Part shown: positions 49,687 to 60,001 of the stretch, piece by piece
Numbering within the stretch: position 1 is the stretch's first letter
How the letters are laid out: each line of letters opens with the position of its first letter
NCBI GenBank assembly: GCA_965199825.1
Contig: OZ241329.1
Span: 224,001 to 288,000 of the forward strand
Direction of reading: 5' to 3'
DNA: 64,000 bases
Source: Bdellovibrionales bacterium
GTDB lineage: Bacteria; Bdellovibrionota; Bdellovibrionia; Bdellovibrionales; UBA1609
Program-made: the position numbers and the translations under genes
The notes under the pieces: generated by a model
The model's database searches: none
Told to the model about the DNA's origin: nothing
The model's input: the letters and a program-made list of their open reading frames with translations, nothing else

Positions 49687-51141
49687 ATGTCATCAGACCA
49701 AACCGAAAAGCCTCATCTCGATCGGGCACTTGGACTTTATTCGACCACAGCGCTTGTGATTGGTTCGGTCATTGGCTCAGGAATTTTTGTTTCTTCCGCA
49801 GGTATGGCTCGCGGCTTACCTAGCGGATGGATTTTGATTTCGGTTTGGGCTTTTGCTGGAGTGATGACGGCTCTTGGTGCTCTTACCCAAGCCGAACTTT
49901 GTAGCCGCATGCCCTTAACCGGCGGCTTGTATTTGTACTTTCGCGAAATCTTTGGTGACGCTTTGGCCTTCTTTTATGGCTGGGCCAATTTTATGATTGC
50001 AGGCTCGGGTGCGATTGCGGCGATCTCATTTATTTTTGCCGGCTACCTTGGCGAATTTATTCCGCTCTGGCACGCCCCTTCCGAATGGCAGACCTGGGCG
50101 ATCCATATTCCCTACGTGGGATCTTTATTTCCAGCGGCAGACCTTGGCGAAAAAATCATCGGATCTCTTTTGATTTTATTTTTGACCGCGCTCAATGTTC
50201 AGGGCGTAAAACTTGGAGCTCTGGTCCAGAGTGTATCGTCCACCGCAAAAATTTTGGCGATAGCGGTAGTTGTTGTTGCCGCTTTTATTTTTCATGGCAG
50301 TTGGTCTCATCTTGCTCAAACTCCTTCAACCAGCATCTCCTCGATCAGCCTTCTGACATTGTGTTTTACCGCAATGGGTGGAGCATTTTGGGCTTATGAT
50401 GGTTGGGGCAACGTTGCTTTTATTGGCGGCGAAATTCGCAATGCCCAAAAAACTCTTCCGCGTGCCATCGTGATGGGCGTGGGTATTGTGATGAGCACCT
50501 ACCTCGCGGTCAATTTGGCATATCTTTATGTTTTGCCTTTGGCCAATATCGCCAATGCGCCCGGCGACCGCGTTGCCTCCCTCCTGATGAATACGGTGTT
50601 AGGAAGTTACGGCACACTGATTGTTGCCTTATTGATTTTGCTTGCGACCTTTGACACCGTCAACTCAACCATTCTCACAAATGCTCGAGTTTATTTTGCA
50701 ATGGCGAACGAAGGTTTGTTTTTTAAAGCGGCGGGCCAGATTTCTCCAAAACATCACACACCGGCATTCTCATTGTGGATGCAATGTGCTTGGTCCATCG
50801 TGCTGCTAGTGAGTGGATCTTTTGACCTTGTCACAAGCATGTACGTGTTTATCAATTGGTTATTTTATTTTTTAATTCCTGTAGCTCTTTTTATTTGGCG
50901 CAAACGTCCCTTAGGGCGATTCGATGCGACCTTTAAGGTTCCATTTTATCCTTGGCTGCCCCTTATTTTTGCCATCTTTACTTTTGCTTATGTGGTGCAA
51001 ACGTTTGTGGGTGACGTGCAAGCTTATCAAGCGGGCGAACAACCCACCGTAAAAAGTCTGATGGGCCTTATTTTGGTTTTACTTGGCACACCTGTTTTGC
51101 TCTATCTTAGACGCCAAAAATTTTGCTCAAATAAACAATAA
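49687..51141 (+). CDS. APC-family amino acid permease
   Basis: GSVIGSGIF, AEL..RMP.TGG.Y.Y and WAYDGW motifs. Confidence 0.93.
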   Translation: MSSDQTEKPHLDRALGLYSTTALVIGSVIGSGIFVSSAGMARGLPSGWILISVWAFAGVMTALGALTQAELCSRMPLTGGLYLYFREIFGDALAFFYGWANFMIAGSGAIAAISFIFAGYLGEFIPLWHAPSEWQTWAIHIPYVGSLFPAADLGEKIIGSLLILFLTALNVQGVKLGALVQSVSSTAKILAIAVVVVAAFIFHGSWSHLAQTPSTSISSISLLTLCFTAMGGAFWAYDGWGNVAFIGGEIRNAQKTLPRAIVMGVGIVMSTYLAVNLAYLYVLPLANIANAPGDRVASLLMNTVLGSYGTLIVALLILLATFDTVNSTILTNARVYFAMANEGLFFKAAGQISPKHHTPAFSLWMQCAWSIVLLVSGSFDLVTSMYVFINWLFYFLIPVALFIWRKRPLGRFDATFKVPFYPWLPLIFAIFTFAYVVQTFVGDVQAYQAGEQPTVKSLMGLILVLLGTPVLLYLRRQKFCSNKQ

Positions 51142-51313
51142 TTATTTAAATAATGATTTACGATTCTGCGCGTTGATTTTTGCGAGATGTGGCGAATACT
51201 CACTCGAGGGGAAATTTTGAACTCGATTTTCAATCCTAATAGGGTTTGTGACCTGTTCAGATGGGTCTAGCGCTTGCAGCTTTATGTGTTCTAACCTAAC
51301 TAGGAGATTATAA

Positions 51314-51496
51314 ATGGATAACAAAAATTCTAATGACAAATCGTTACGCGACAAAGTTGGCGGAGCAGTAGAAAAACTCGGCCATAAAATCGCCGATGCT
51401 GGTGCCGAAAAACTAGGCCAAAAAATTCATGATTTGGGCGACAAGATCGAAGACCATCATAAAAACCCCGCTCATCCTCACACAATTAAAAAGTAA
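51314..51496 (+). CDS. Small hydrophilic protein (CsbD-like general stress type)
   Basis: AGGAG SD; 60 aa with repeated EKLG.KI.D.G. Confidence 0.6.
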   Translation: MDNKNSNDKSLRDKVGGAVEKLGHKIADAGAEKLGQKIHDLGDKIEDHHKNPAHPHTIKK

Positions 51497-51524
51497 TTGT
51501 TCGAGTTTTTAGGGTCCGCAGGCT

Positions 51525-52370
51525 ATGTTTGCGGACCTTATGTCTTTAAGTACCGGATTTCATTTCGACCATCGGCAGTTTCGCTTTTCTGGCTATTCAA
51601 TTGCCGGCACCTCCACCAGTCTCGTTTTTAAAAATGCTAAATTTTGCTTCGATGTGGGTCAGGGGCTTCCATTTCAATTATTGGCCGAGCATTTTTTTAT
51701 TTCGCACGGACATCTTGATCATGCCGCTGGCATTCCGTGGGTCGTCTCTCAACGGAGTATGCGGGGGCTCACTTCCAATTTTTATGTTCCAAAAAGTTTG
51801 GTCGTTCCCTTAACAAAAATTATGGAGACATGGGAAGAGGTCGAGCAGTACAAATTCAATTATCATTTGCAAGCTCTTGAAGCGCCGATCGAAATTGATT
51901 CTTTTTTGATTAAACCCTTTAAAACATTTCATCGCATCGATTCTCAGGGGTATCTGGTTTATGAAAATAAAAAACGGCTAAAATCTGAATATCAAAATTT
52001 TAGCCAAAACCAAATTCGTGAGATCTATAAAAGTGGCCAGAGCCCAAGCGAGCATTTTTTTTCGCCGGTATTTGGATTTACAGGTGACACCCAAATCGAA
52101 TTTCTAAAGAGCGATCCAGATCTTGCGAATGCAAAAATTCTTTTTGTCGAAGCCACATTTTGGGATGATAAAAAAACAATCGAACATGCCCGTCAGTGGG
52201 GACATCTTCATGTGGATGAGATTATTCAATCGCTGGATCGATTGCATAATGAAAAGATCGTGCTGATCCACACCTCGGCCAGATACTCAAAAAAAGATCT
52301 TGATCAATTTCTGGAACAAAAATTAAGTCCACAACTGCAAGACCGGGTTTTGCTCTTTCCTCGGGATTAA
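51525..52370 (+). CDS. Metallo-beta-lactamase-fold ribonuclease Z (short form)
   Basis: SHGHLDH, TGDT, VEAT, GHLH and LIHTSARY motifs. Confidence 0.82.
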   Translation: MFADLMSLSTGFHFDHRQFRFSGYSIAGTSTSLVFKNAKFCFDVGQGLPFQLLAEHFFISHGHLDHAAGIPWVVSQRSMRGLTSNFYVPKSLVVPLTKIMETWEEVEQYKFNYHLQALEAPIEIDSFLIKPFKTFHRIDSQGYLVYENKKRLKSEYQNFSQNQIREIYKSGQSPSEHFFSPVFGFTGDTQIEFLKSDPDLANAKILFVEATFWDDKKTIEHARQWGHLHVDEIIQSLDRLHNEKIVLIHTSARYSKKDLDQFLEQKLSPQLQDRVLLFPRD

Positions 52371-52846
52371 GCTTTACGCAAAAACAAAGATAACCAAAAT
52401 TCTCCGATATCAGCATTACAGCTAAACAACAAAGCTTGTTTAGCCACCGACTGCTGATGCATCGCCAAGCCTTTCCCGGTAATGGTCGATGGGATAGCTA
52501 ATCCAAAATCAAAACCTTTTTCGTTGATTGGACGTCGGGCGGTGCCATAAATAATATTAAGAAGTTCGCTACAGGCATCGCAATTGTCGCCGTCGATTGC
52601 CGCCACTTTTTCGCCAAACAATTTTTCGAGCATCATCAAAAAAGATTTTTCGGGAAAGCTCAAGGCGAGGGATCCTACAAAATGGGTCGAGCTTAAAGAC
52701 AATGTGCTCAACACTTCACTTCTAGGCAAAGCTTTGGCATCGGTCATTTTGTATTGCACGTCCACGTCGATCTTGGCCTGAATATCAAAGGCTTTTTTGA
52801 TCGCATCCTTAAAGTAGCCGCAGAACACTTCTAAGCTATTCGTCAT
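52367..52846 (-). CDS. cheX: Chemotaxis phosphatase CheX family
   Basis: DACSELLNIIYG (ExxN) and IPSTITG motifs; GGGGGA SD before ATG 52846. Confidence 0.82.
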   Translation of the reverse strand: MTNSLEVFCGYFKDAIKKAFDIQAKIDVDVQYKMTDAKALPRSEVLSTLSLSSTHFVGSLALSFPEKSFLMMLEKLFGEKVAAIDGDNCDACSELLNIIYGTARRPINEKGFDFGLAIPSTITGKGLAMHQQSVAKQALLFSCNADIGEFWLSLFLRKA

Positions 52847-52859
52847 CAATCCCCCTATT

Positions 52860-53423
52860 TTACTTATGTGCGGTAAAGACAAAGGCTGGAGGGATATTTC
52901 GCCATTCAACAGCCGAACGTTCAACCGATTTAAATTTTTTGTTGAGTTGATTCAAAAAATGCTGTGCTGCGGGCGACCACACAACCGTTAAGCAGACGTA
53001 AGTAATAAATCTTCCTCCTGGCTCTAAAGATTCATAAATAGCATCGAGTGTGGATTGCCGCAAAGATTCAGGAAATATAGACCAAGGCAAACTCGACACC
53101 ACATTGCTTACCGAATTTTTTTTGACATGATCTAATAGTTTGTCTGCACCGCACTGTTCAAAATGAAGTTTGGGATAGTGCTCACGCATAAAGCTCACCA
53201 TCTCAGGACTAATCTCAATGCCTAAATATTTTGATTCGATTCGTGGCGCTAAAAATTGGGTGATCGCTCCCGTTCCCACACCAACCTCGACAATCAGGTC
53301 ATCGAATTTTGGAATCTGTTTGAGCATCCTTTGAGCCAAAGCTTTTGAGGTGGGAAAGATAGTGGACACTTCCATTGGATTTTTGATTGCCGCTTTTAAA
53401 AACTCCGCAATGTCTTTTTTCAT
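52860..53423 (-). CDS. Class I SAM methyltransferase, phospholipid N-methyltransferase-like
   Basis: PTSKALA..M, VEVGVGTGAIT, VVSSLPW and WRNIPPAFV motifs. Confidence 0.85.
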   Translation of the reverse strand: MKKDIAEFLKAAIKNPMEVSTIFPTSKALAQRMLKQIPKFDDLIVEVGVGTGAITQFLAPRIESKYLGIEISPEMVSFMREHYPKLHFEQCGADKLLDHVKKNSVSNVVSSLPWSIFPESLRQSTLDAIYESLEPGGRFITYVCLTVVWSPAAQHFLNQLNKKFKSVERSAVEWRNIPPAFVFTAHK

Positions 53424-54512
53424 TTAGAAAATATCCTTTTCATGCGGCTCCTTCGAGATTCCCACTTTTTTTTCAAGCTCAATCAATCGCTTGCGCATTT
53501 CGGCCACGGTCTTCATCGCATTGATGTTTCGCATGTACTCGGCCATCGGCAACAGAGGCAATCCGGCATAAACCCCTGGTTTTAAAACATTCTGCACAAC
53601 TCCGGCCCGATGAGCAAAAATCACATCATCTGTAATTTTAAGATGATCAATAATTCCTGTTTGGCCACTGGCGCGTACCCGATTTCCGATTGTGGTCGAG
53701 CCCCCCACACATAAGCCCGCGGTCAAAAGACAATCTTCGCCAATTTGTACATTGTGTCCAATGTGAATTAAATTATCTAATTTGGTTCCGGCACCAATGC
53801 GTGTCTCGCGGTATGCAGCGCGATCAATACAATTGTTTGCACCAAGGCGAACCCGATCTTCTAAAACAACAATTCCTGTTTGGGGGATGTAAATACTTTT
53901 GGCTTTTGAGGTCTGTGCAAAACCATAACCCTCTGAGCCCACCACACTGCCTGCACCAATCACACACTCATTACCAATAAGGCTGCCGTGATGAATAACC
54001 GCTTTAGGGTGAACGATGGTTTCATTGCCGATTTGAACATCATTTTCGATGACCGCACCGGCCATAATTCGACAATGCCTGCCGATGCGAACATTTTGGC
54101 CGATCACCACATGCGGCTCGATCACAGTGAGATCGCCAATGATCGCTGTTTCATGAATCACACTGGTCGAATGAATTCCATCAAACCCCGTCTGAGAAAA
54201 ATCGCGCGAAGCATAGCTTTTCTTTAAGATCGCGTGAGCAAGACCGACGTTATCCGCAATCAATAGGCCGATTTTTGGTTTGTTGCGAAAGCTCTCGGCC
54301 AAAGATGGGGTGGTCACCACTGCGGTAAATTCACGTGCGAGGACAGGTGCAACGTATTCTTTTTTATCAACAAAGATCAAATCACCAAGTTGACAATCCT
54401 CAACCGGTGACAGTTGGGCGATCAAATGATCTTGCTCGCCTTCAACACTTTTGATCAGTCCAGATGCCAAAAACTCTTGGGTAAAATCGCGAATCGTTTT
54501 GTTAATCAGCAT
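53424..54512 (-). CDS. lpxD: UDP-3-O-acylglucosamine N-acyltransferase
   Basis: Hexapeptide repeats; GSEGYGFA, IDRAA and TKLDNLIHIGHNVQIG motifs. Confidence 0.92.
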   Translation of the reverse strand: MLINKTIRDFTQEFLASGLIKSVEGEQDHLIAQLSPVEDCQLGDLIFVDKKEYVAPVLAREFTAVVTTPSLAESFRNKPKIGLLIADNVGLAHAILKKSYASRDFSQTGFDGIHSTSVIHETAIIGDLTVIEPHVVIGQNVRIGRHCRIMAGAVIENDVQIGNETIVHPKAVIHHGSLIGNECVIGAGSVVGSEGYGFAQTSKAKSIYIPQTGIVVLEDRVRLGANNCIDRAAYRETRIGAGTKLDNLIHIGHNVQIGEDCLLTAGLCVGGSTTIGNRVRASGQTGIIDHLKITDDVIFAHRAGVVQNVLKPGVYAGLPLLPMAEYMRNINAMKTVAEMRKRLIELEKKVGISKEPHEKDIF

Positions 54513-54668
54513 GTGTCTCCCTTACGCTCAAGGACTACCTTGAATTGACAAAAATAATCTACTTCAAACCAATCATATTTGGTCCTCGACAAACGTCAGC
54601 ATGTTTGTTGCGAGATGTGAAAGACAATCAAAATATGGCATAATACTTTTTCAACAAGGAGAAAACTC

Positions 54669-55280
54669 ATGTCGACCGCGCCCCTCATTGCTCTATTTTC
54701 TTTAACATTTGCCGCATACGCAGTGGATTACACGCCAGGAAAATATTCTGTAGATCCTGCCCATTCGAAAGTGGGATTTGAAATTCCACATTTGGTCATC
54801 TCAACTGTCGAAGGCCGTTTTTCAAAATTTGATGGCGAGATTGAACTTGATAAAAAATTTGAAAAATCAAAAGTAAATGCCAATGTCACTATCGAATCTG
54901 TTGATACCAATGAACCCAAACGCGATGAGCATCTTCGCAGTGCCGAATTTTTTGATACCAAGCAATTTCCTAAAATGACTTTTAAAAGTACAAAACTCGA
55001 AGGAAAGCCTGAGTCGTTTAAAATCACTGGTGATCTCACAATCAAAGGCCACAAAGAAAAAGTGACCTTTGATGGAAAATATTTAGGAACTGTTGCTGAC
55101 GGCTACGGTAAACAAAAAGCGGTATTTAATGCATCAACCAAGATCAGTCGCAAAACTTATGGCTTAACTTGGAATAAACTTGTTGAAGCGGGCCCTGTGG
55201 TTGGTGATGAATTGACCATCGATCTTAAAATTCAAGCAGCGGCTGCAGATGCGCCTGCCAAGAAGACCGCCGCAAATTAA
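54669..55280 (+). CDS. YceI-family protein
   Basis: VDPAHSKVGF, RDEHLRSAEFFD and GDLTIKG motifs; signal peptide; AGGAG SD. Confidence 0.93.
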   Translation: MSTAPLIALFSLTFAAYAVDYTPGKYSVDPAHSKVGFEIPHLVISTVEGRFSKFDGEIELDKKFEKSKVNANVTIESVDTNEPKRDEHLRSAEFFDTKQFPKMTFKSTKLEGKPESFKITGDLTIKGHKEKVTFDGKYLGTVADGYGKQKAVFNASTKISRKTYGLTWNKLVEAGPVVGDELTIDLKIQAAAADAPAKKTAAN

Positions 55281-56143
55281 GAGTGCACCACGAGCACCGG
55301 AACTGGCGCGTGAAGGATAGCTTCACGCGTGGATTCGCCAAGATAAGACCGCAGTAAAGCATTGCGACTACGAGATCCCATCACAATCACTTCGTAGGGA
55401 TTTTCGAATTCCTCTTTCAAACTTTCTTTTAAATCTTTTTTAACAATTCGGTAATTAGCCCGAATACTTTTTTTGCCCATCAACGCCACTTTGGCTTTGA
55501 GTTGCTTTTCGGCTTCGCGATAAATTTCATCAGAATCTTTATCAAAACTTTTAGGCGCGGAGTCGTTGATAAAATGATCTTCTTGTTTGAGCTGGAGCTC
55601 GTCGTACAACGAATGAAAAAGAATGAGTTCAACCCCAAGCCTCGATGCGAACGACAAAGCGTAGAGTTCAGCAGCACTGCTTGTTTTTCTTAAATCGGTG
55701 GCCACCAACACCGCCTTTTTATTTTTTAGAAACTGCGCACTCACCTCTTGTGAAACTTTTGGTCCCACAATCAAAACCGGTTTAGAGCTACTTCGCAAAA
55801 CTTCTTCTGATACCGAAGTCGGCTCAGAGGTCATCACAATCAGCTCGGGCTCAAATTTTCCTTGAGAAAATTTCAATATCTCTTGGGCCGCATGGCCTGT
55901 TTTGAGGTGCCCCTCGCACCCTTTCCAATATTGTTTCATGAGCTCATCGAGTTGGCTTTGATGTTGGGAATGCCAATTCTTCATCGCGCTCAATGGTTGA
56001 AGCCGCCGAAATGAATTTAAGTCCTCTACACAGACCACATGCAGGTCGGCATGATAGGCCTTTGCAAGATTCGCCGATAACAGCTGGGCGGGTTGTGAGG
56101 ACAGGTCAAGATTTTCGGCAAAAAGTACGGTTTGTTTCAGCAT
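55277..56143 (-). CDS. Tandem-domain universal stress protein
   Basis: VLVATDL and IVMGSR...LGEST..AILHAPVPVLVV motifs. Confidence 0.88.
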   Translation of the reverse strand: MLKQTVLFAENLDLSSQPAQLLSANLAKAYHADLHVVCVEDLNSFRRLQPLSAMKNWHSQHQSQLDELMKQYWKGCEGHLKTGHAAQEILKFSQGKFEPELIVMTSEPTSVSEEVLRSSSKPVLIVGPKVSQEVSAQFLKNKKAVLVATDLRKTSSAAELYALSFASRLGVELILFHSLYDELQLKQEDHFINDSAPKSFDKDSDEIYREAEKQLKAKVALMGKKSIRANYRIVKKDLKESLKEEFENPYEVIVMGSRSRNALLRSYLGESTREAILHAPVPVLVVHS

Positions 56144-56273
56144 AGATTTGGTTTTAACACTCTTTAGCTCAAGGCTACAACTTGACCGGAACTCGAAGTC
56201 ATTTTACATTAGCCGGACCCAAGCTTTAATTATTTCAATCGCACATACTGGCCACAATTTTGAATTACAGAGG

Positions 56274-57815
56274 ATGACTATGCCTTCGCCATTAGAAATT
56301 TTAAAGCAGCACTTTCATTTAGAAGTTTTTCGAAAAGGCCAAGAGGGCATTATCGATTCTGTGATTCGCGGCAAAGACGCAATGGCCGTGATGCCCACGG
56401 GTGGTGGAAAATCTCTTTGCTATCAACTGCCCGCTGTTTCTTACAATGGGCTTGTGGTGGTGATTTCACCGTTGATTGCCTTAATGAAAGATCAGGTGCG
56501 AACCCTTACCAAGTTGGGGATTCGGGCCGGCGCCATTCATTCAGGTCAAGATCTCGCCGAGAAAAAAGCGGTGTTTGAGCTTTTTAAAAAGCGCGGACCT
56601 TTTGTTCTCTACATGTCGCCCGAACGGGTTCAACACGAAGGCTTTAGTGGTTGGGCTGCAAAACAAAATATTCGATTGTTTGCGATTGATGAGGCCCATT
56701 GTGTGTCGCAGTGGGGTCCTGACTTTCGCAAAGATTATCATAAGCTCAGCGTGCTTAGAAAAATAAAGCCTGACACTCCAATTTTAGCGCTGACCGCAAC
56801 CGCCACGCCTCAAGTTCTTAACGATATTCAAAAACAATTGGGACTTGATGAGCCGGATCGTCATGTGCACGGGTTTTATCGGCCCAATTTGTATTATCAA
56901 ATGGAGACCTGTCAGGACGAAAACGAAAAGATCGCATTCTTGCGTAAAGCGGTCGTTCAAACTCCTAAAGGTCGAATACTTATTTACTGCGGCACTCGTC
57001 AACAAACCGAAACCACAGCCTCACGACTGCAACGCGAGTTTGAAGGTGTCGGATATTATCACGCTGGGATGTCGGCCGAGTCGCGAAAAGAAGTGCAGGA
57101 AAAGTTAGATCGCAATGACCTTCGAATTTTAGCCGCCACAAATGCCTTCGGGATGGGAATTGATTATCCCGATGTGCGACTCGTGGTGCATTTGCAAATG
57201 CCCGCAAATATCGAATCTCTTTATCAAGAAATGGGTCGTGCGGGTCGGGATGGACAGATGTCGACGTGTCTTGTGCTCTCATCTAAAAAAGATCGCGGGC
57301 TTCACTCGTTTTTTATTCAACGAACCAAAGCTTCGGCTTCGGTGATTCGTCAGCGTTGGAATTCGCTCACCGCAATTACCCAATTTATTGAGAGCGAAGA
57401 GTGTCGTCACGGCGCAATCTTGACCTACTTTCGTGATGAAGATCGCATCATTGCCTGTGGACATTGTGATGTCTGCGCGCCGACTTCACCACTCAAAGTC
57501 GAAGCTCCTTTGCCTGATGAATTGCCGCTGACCTCACGCCTTAAAAAAGCCAAAAAACCGTTGGTGAAATTTGAGTTGGATTCGCCCGAAGCTCAGGCTC
57601 GAGCACTCGTCCTCAAAGATTGGCGCAAGGCCTACGCGCGCGAAAATGATTTGCCTGCGTTTGTGGTTTTTAGCGATAAAACTCTTGTTGATTTGTGTAA
57701 TAAAAATCCAAAAGATCTTGAGGCACTTTCTCAAGTTTATGGATTCGGACCAGCAAAGATCGAGCAATTTGGTCAGCTTGTTTTGGGCGAGTTGGGGATT
57801 AAACCATCGATTTAA
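56274..57815 (+). CDS. recQ: ATP-dependent DNA helicase RecQ (Zn domain and HRDC)
   Basis: MPTGGGKSLCYQLP, DEAHCVSQWG.DFR, QEMGRAGRDG and CGHCDVC motifs; C-terminal HRDC. Confidence 0.95.
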   Translation: MTMPSPLEILKQHFHLEVFRKGQEGIIDSVIRGKDAMAVMPTGGGKSLCYQLPAVSYNGLVVVISPLIALMKDQVRTLTKLGIRAGAIHSGQDLAEKKAVFELFKKRGPFVLYMSPERVQHEGFSGWAAKQNIRLFAIDEAHCVSQWGPDFRKDYHKLSVLRKIKPDTPILALTATATPQVLNDIQKQLGLDEPDRHVHGFYRPNLYYQMETCQDENEKIAFLRKAVVQTPKGRILIYCGTRQQTETTASRLQREFEGVGYYHAGMSAESRKEVQEKLDRNDLRILAATNAFGMGIDYPDVRLVVHLQMPANIESLYQEMGRAGRDGQMSTCLVLSSKKDRGLHSFFIQRTKASASVIRQRWNSLTAITQFIESEECRHGAILTYFRDEDRIIACGHCDVCAPTSPLKVEAPLPDELPLTSRLKKAKKPLVKFELDSPEAQARALVLKDWRKAYARENDLPAFVVFSDKTLVDLCNKNPKDLEALSQVYGFGPAKIEQFGQLVLGELGIKPSI

Positions 57816-58014
57816 CATTTTCATCGATCATTACTGGGATTGTTTTTAGTGTGATCGGATATTATGTCTTTCGCGCGGGCAAAAAAAAGGTCGATTATCA
57901 GATTTTGTTTATCGGAGTCGCACTGATGATTGCCCCACCCTTGGCGCCGCTTGCTTGGCAGCAGTGGTCGATCGGGATTGGCTTAAGTATTTATGCCTAT
58001 TTTGTTTGGCCGCC

Positions 58015-59988
58015 TTAAACCCAAAATAATCTTTGCGGTCGCTTAAAAACTTTTCTCCAAAACAGACGATAGATTCTTGATCGCTGCGAGGCTTCCACAT
58101 CGCGAGCGCGCAAGGCCACAAACATCGAACAGAAAAAAGCTGAAGTCACATTGCAAAATCCAATTCCTAATATACCGAGGAACACCCAAAAAAATTCCCA
58201 ACTCCAGAGTGAATCGATACCAAGACTAAATATCGCAGCCGTAATCATTCCGGTGGATAAAGTGACGTGTCGAATATCGAGTGGAATTCCAAAAAATTGA
58301 AAGACCACGGGCAGTAGGCCTAAAAATAATCCGAGTGAGAAATTACTCGCAAATCCGCCAATGTTTTGGCCAAAAAATAAAGCCACTCGAGCCGCCGCCG
58401 ATTCACCAAAAACAAATTGAAGTTTTCGATTGTGTCTCAAGGCTGCACTCATTTTTCGAAACACCCACCAATTGTCGATCCATCCCCCGACTTGACTTGA
58501 AGCAAATAAAACCGCTCCGGTAAATATGGCGTAAAATGCGGCGGGTCCTAAAAATGTCACACTCTCCATCGAATGAGCCGCATGATCTTGATCGATCAAA
58601 TGACGATGAAAAACAAGGAGACCAAATAAATCCAAAACAAATACTGTGGGAATCACCGAGAGCATATTGCCAAAAATGCCGATCACCTGGGAGCGCACAA
58701 GATGAACAATCTCATCCACCAGATTATTTAAACCTTTTAAGTCTTCCAAATCTTCCATCTTGGCGGCAAGTGCCGATGCGGTCATTGAGGGCTGCTTGGT
58801 CGCAAGTGTAAAACCAAAAAGTTGAATCACAATAAAACTAATAGCGTAATTAAGTGAAGCTCCAAGGCCGATCAAAAATGGTGCAAGCGGCATCATCACA
58901 ATCCAAAATTTTATCATAGTAGTAAAACCAGTGATAAATCCGCCACCAAGGGCTCGCCTTAAGTACTCTTGCTGCTCATCGCGGGTGCGGGTGATATAAT
59001 GATCACCAGTTTGCGCGGTTCGATCCGAAATCTTTTTTGATAACAAAGAAAGATTTTGTGAAAATAAAGCACCAAGACTTCTTGATCGCTCCATATCTTG
59101 AACCAAAGTGCCAAGTAGTCGATGCACATGTTCAACATTTGATTCTTTGAGCAACTGCACAAGCAATGTCATTCGCTTAAGTTGCAGCTCAATGCGGTCC
59201 AACTCATAAACAATCGAAACACTCACACCGAATTCATTAAGATGATTGTAAACATCTTTAAGCGAAGTTTGGCAGTCTTGGATTGCGGTCAAAACCTCTT
59301 CGGCCTTGCCCGCTTCTTGAGAGTGCCCCAAAAAGTCGTGGGCATAATCGCCAAGCATAAAAAAAGAAATTTTTCGTAATTCTTTTTGGGTCAGACGCTC
59401 TCGAATGGGTGGCAACAAACCACTTGCCCGAACATTGATGGACAAAAGATAAATTGCGTCTTCAATTTGGCGATGAAAATGATTTTTAAGTTCTGCCGAA
59501 CTGAGCATTTCAAAAAACTGACGAAAGGTTTCGCGATCCATTTTTTTAAGCCAGTTGCGCACCGGCTTGTGGGCAAAACCTTCGACCACCGCTAAAGATA
59601 AATCAAAATCTTGTGGGGGCTGAGGTAAAAATCGAAAATGCATCCGCTCAACCAATTCGGTAATAAAACCGGCATGGTTGGGAACGCCGGTTTTTACGAG
59701 GAGCTCCACTGCATCTGATTTTAAAAAATAGTGCTGCACCGCTTGCACAAAATTTTGTTTAAAATTCTCACTCTTTTGAAGCGACTTTAAAAGTTGATCC
59801 AATCGCTGATCGATTGCGAGCAAGGTGGGGGCTTGAATCCAATCCAAAATGTCGAGCATCCAAGAGCGCCGCTGCCGATGGGAATCCACCACAGTGGGAG
59901 TATTAAATAAAATTGTTTCGAGGTTGCGTTGGCCAACGCTTAAAGTTTGCCAACGTTCATACCATTTTTTGATTCGGCTCACGCTCAA
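58015..59988 (-). CDS. Membrane protein of the 'site-specific recombinase' (Gcr/SpecificRecomb) family
   Basis: GDHYITRTR.E, SLNYAISF, TLATKQPSMTA, RSQ....GN and PLDIRHVTLSTG motifs. Confidence 0.85.
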   Translation of the reverse strand: MSVSRIKKWYERWQTLSVGQRNLETILFNTPTVVDSHRQRRSWMLDILDWIQAPTLLAIDQRLDQLLKSLQKSENFKQNFVQAVQHYFLKSDAVELLVKTGVPNHAGFITELVERMHFRFLPQPPQDFDLSLAVVEGFAHKPVRNWLKKMDRETFRQFFEMLSSAELKNHFHRQIEDAIYLLSINVRASGLLPPIRERLTQKELRKISFFMLGDYAHDFLGHSQEAGKAEEVLTAIQDCQTSLKDVYNHLNEFGVSVSIVYELDRIELQLKRMTLLVQLLKESNVEHVHRLLGTLVQDMERSRSLGALFSQNLSLLSKKISDRTAQTGDHYITRTRDEQQEYLRRALGGGFITGFTTMIKFWIVMMPLAPFLIGLGASLNYAISFIVIQLFGFTLATKQPSMTASALAAKMEDLEDLKGLNNLVDEIVHLVRSQVIGIFGNMLSVIPTVFVLDLFGLLVFHRHLIDQDHAAHSMESVTFLGPAAFYAIFTGAVLFASSQVGGWIDNWWVFRKMSAALRHNRKLQFVFGESAAARVALFFGQNIGGFASNFSLGLFLGLLPVVFQFFGIPLDIRHVTLSTGMITAAIFSLGIDSLWSWEFFWVFLGILGIGFCNVTSAFFCSMFVALRARDVEASQRSRIYRLFWRKVFKRPQRLFWV

Positions 59989-60001
59989 AAAAGGCTAGCA
60001 G

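Noticed and set aside
58015..59988. Recombinase responsible for mobilising the repeat-flanked block
   Set aside because: The family name is historical; the protein is a polytopic membrane protein with no Tyr or Ser recombinase motifs and lies 24 kb away.
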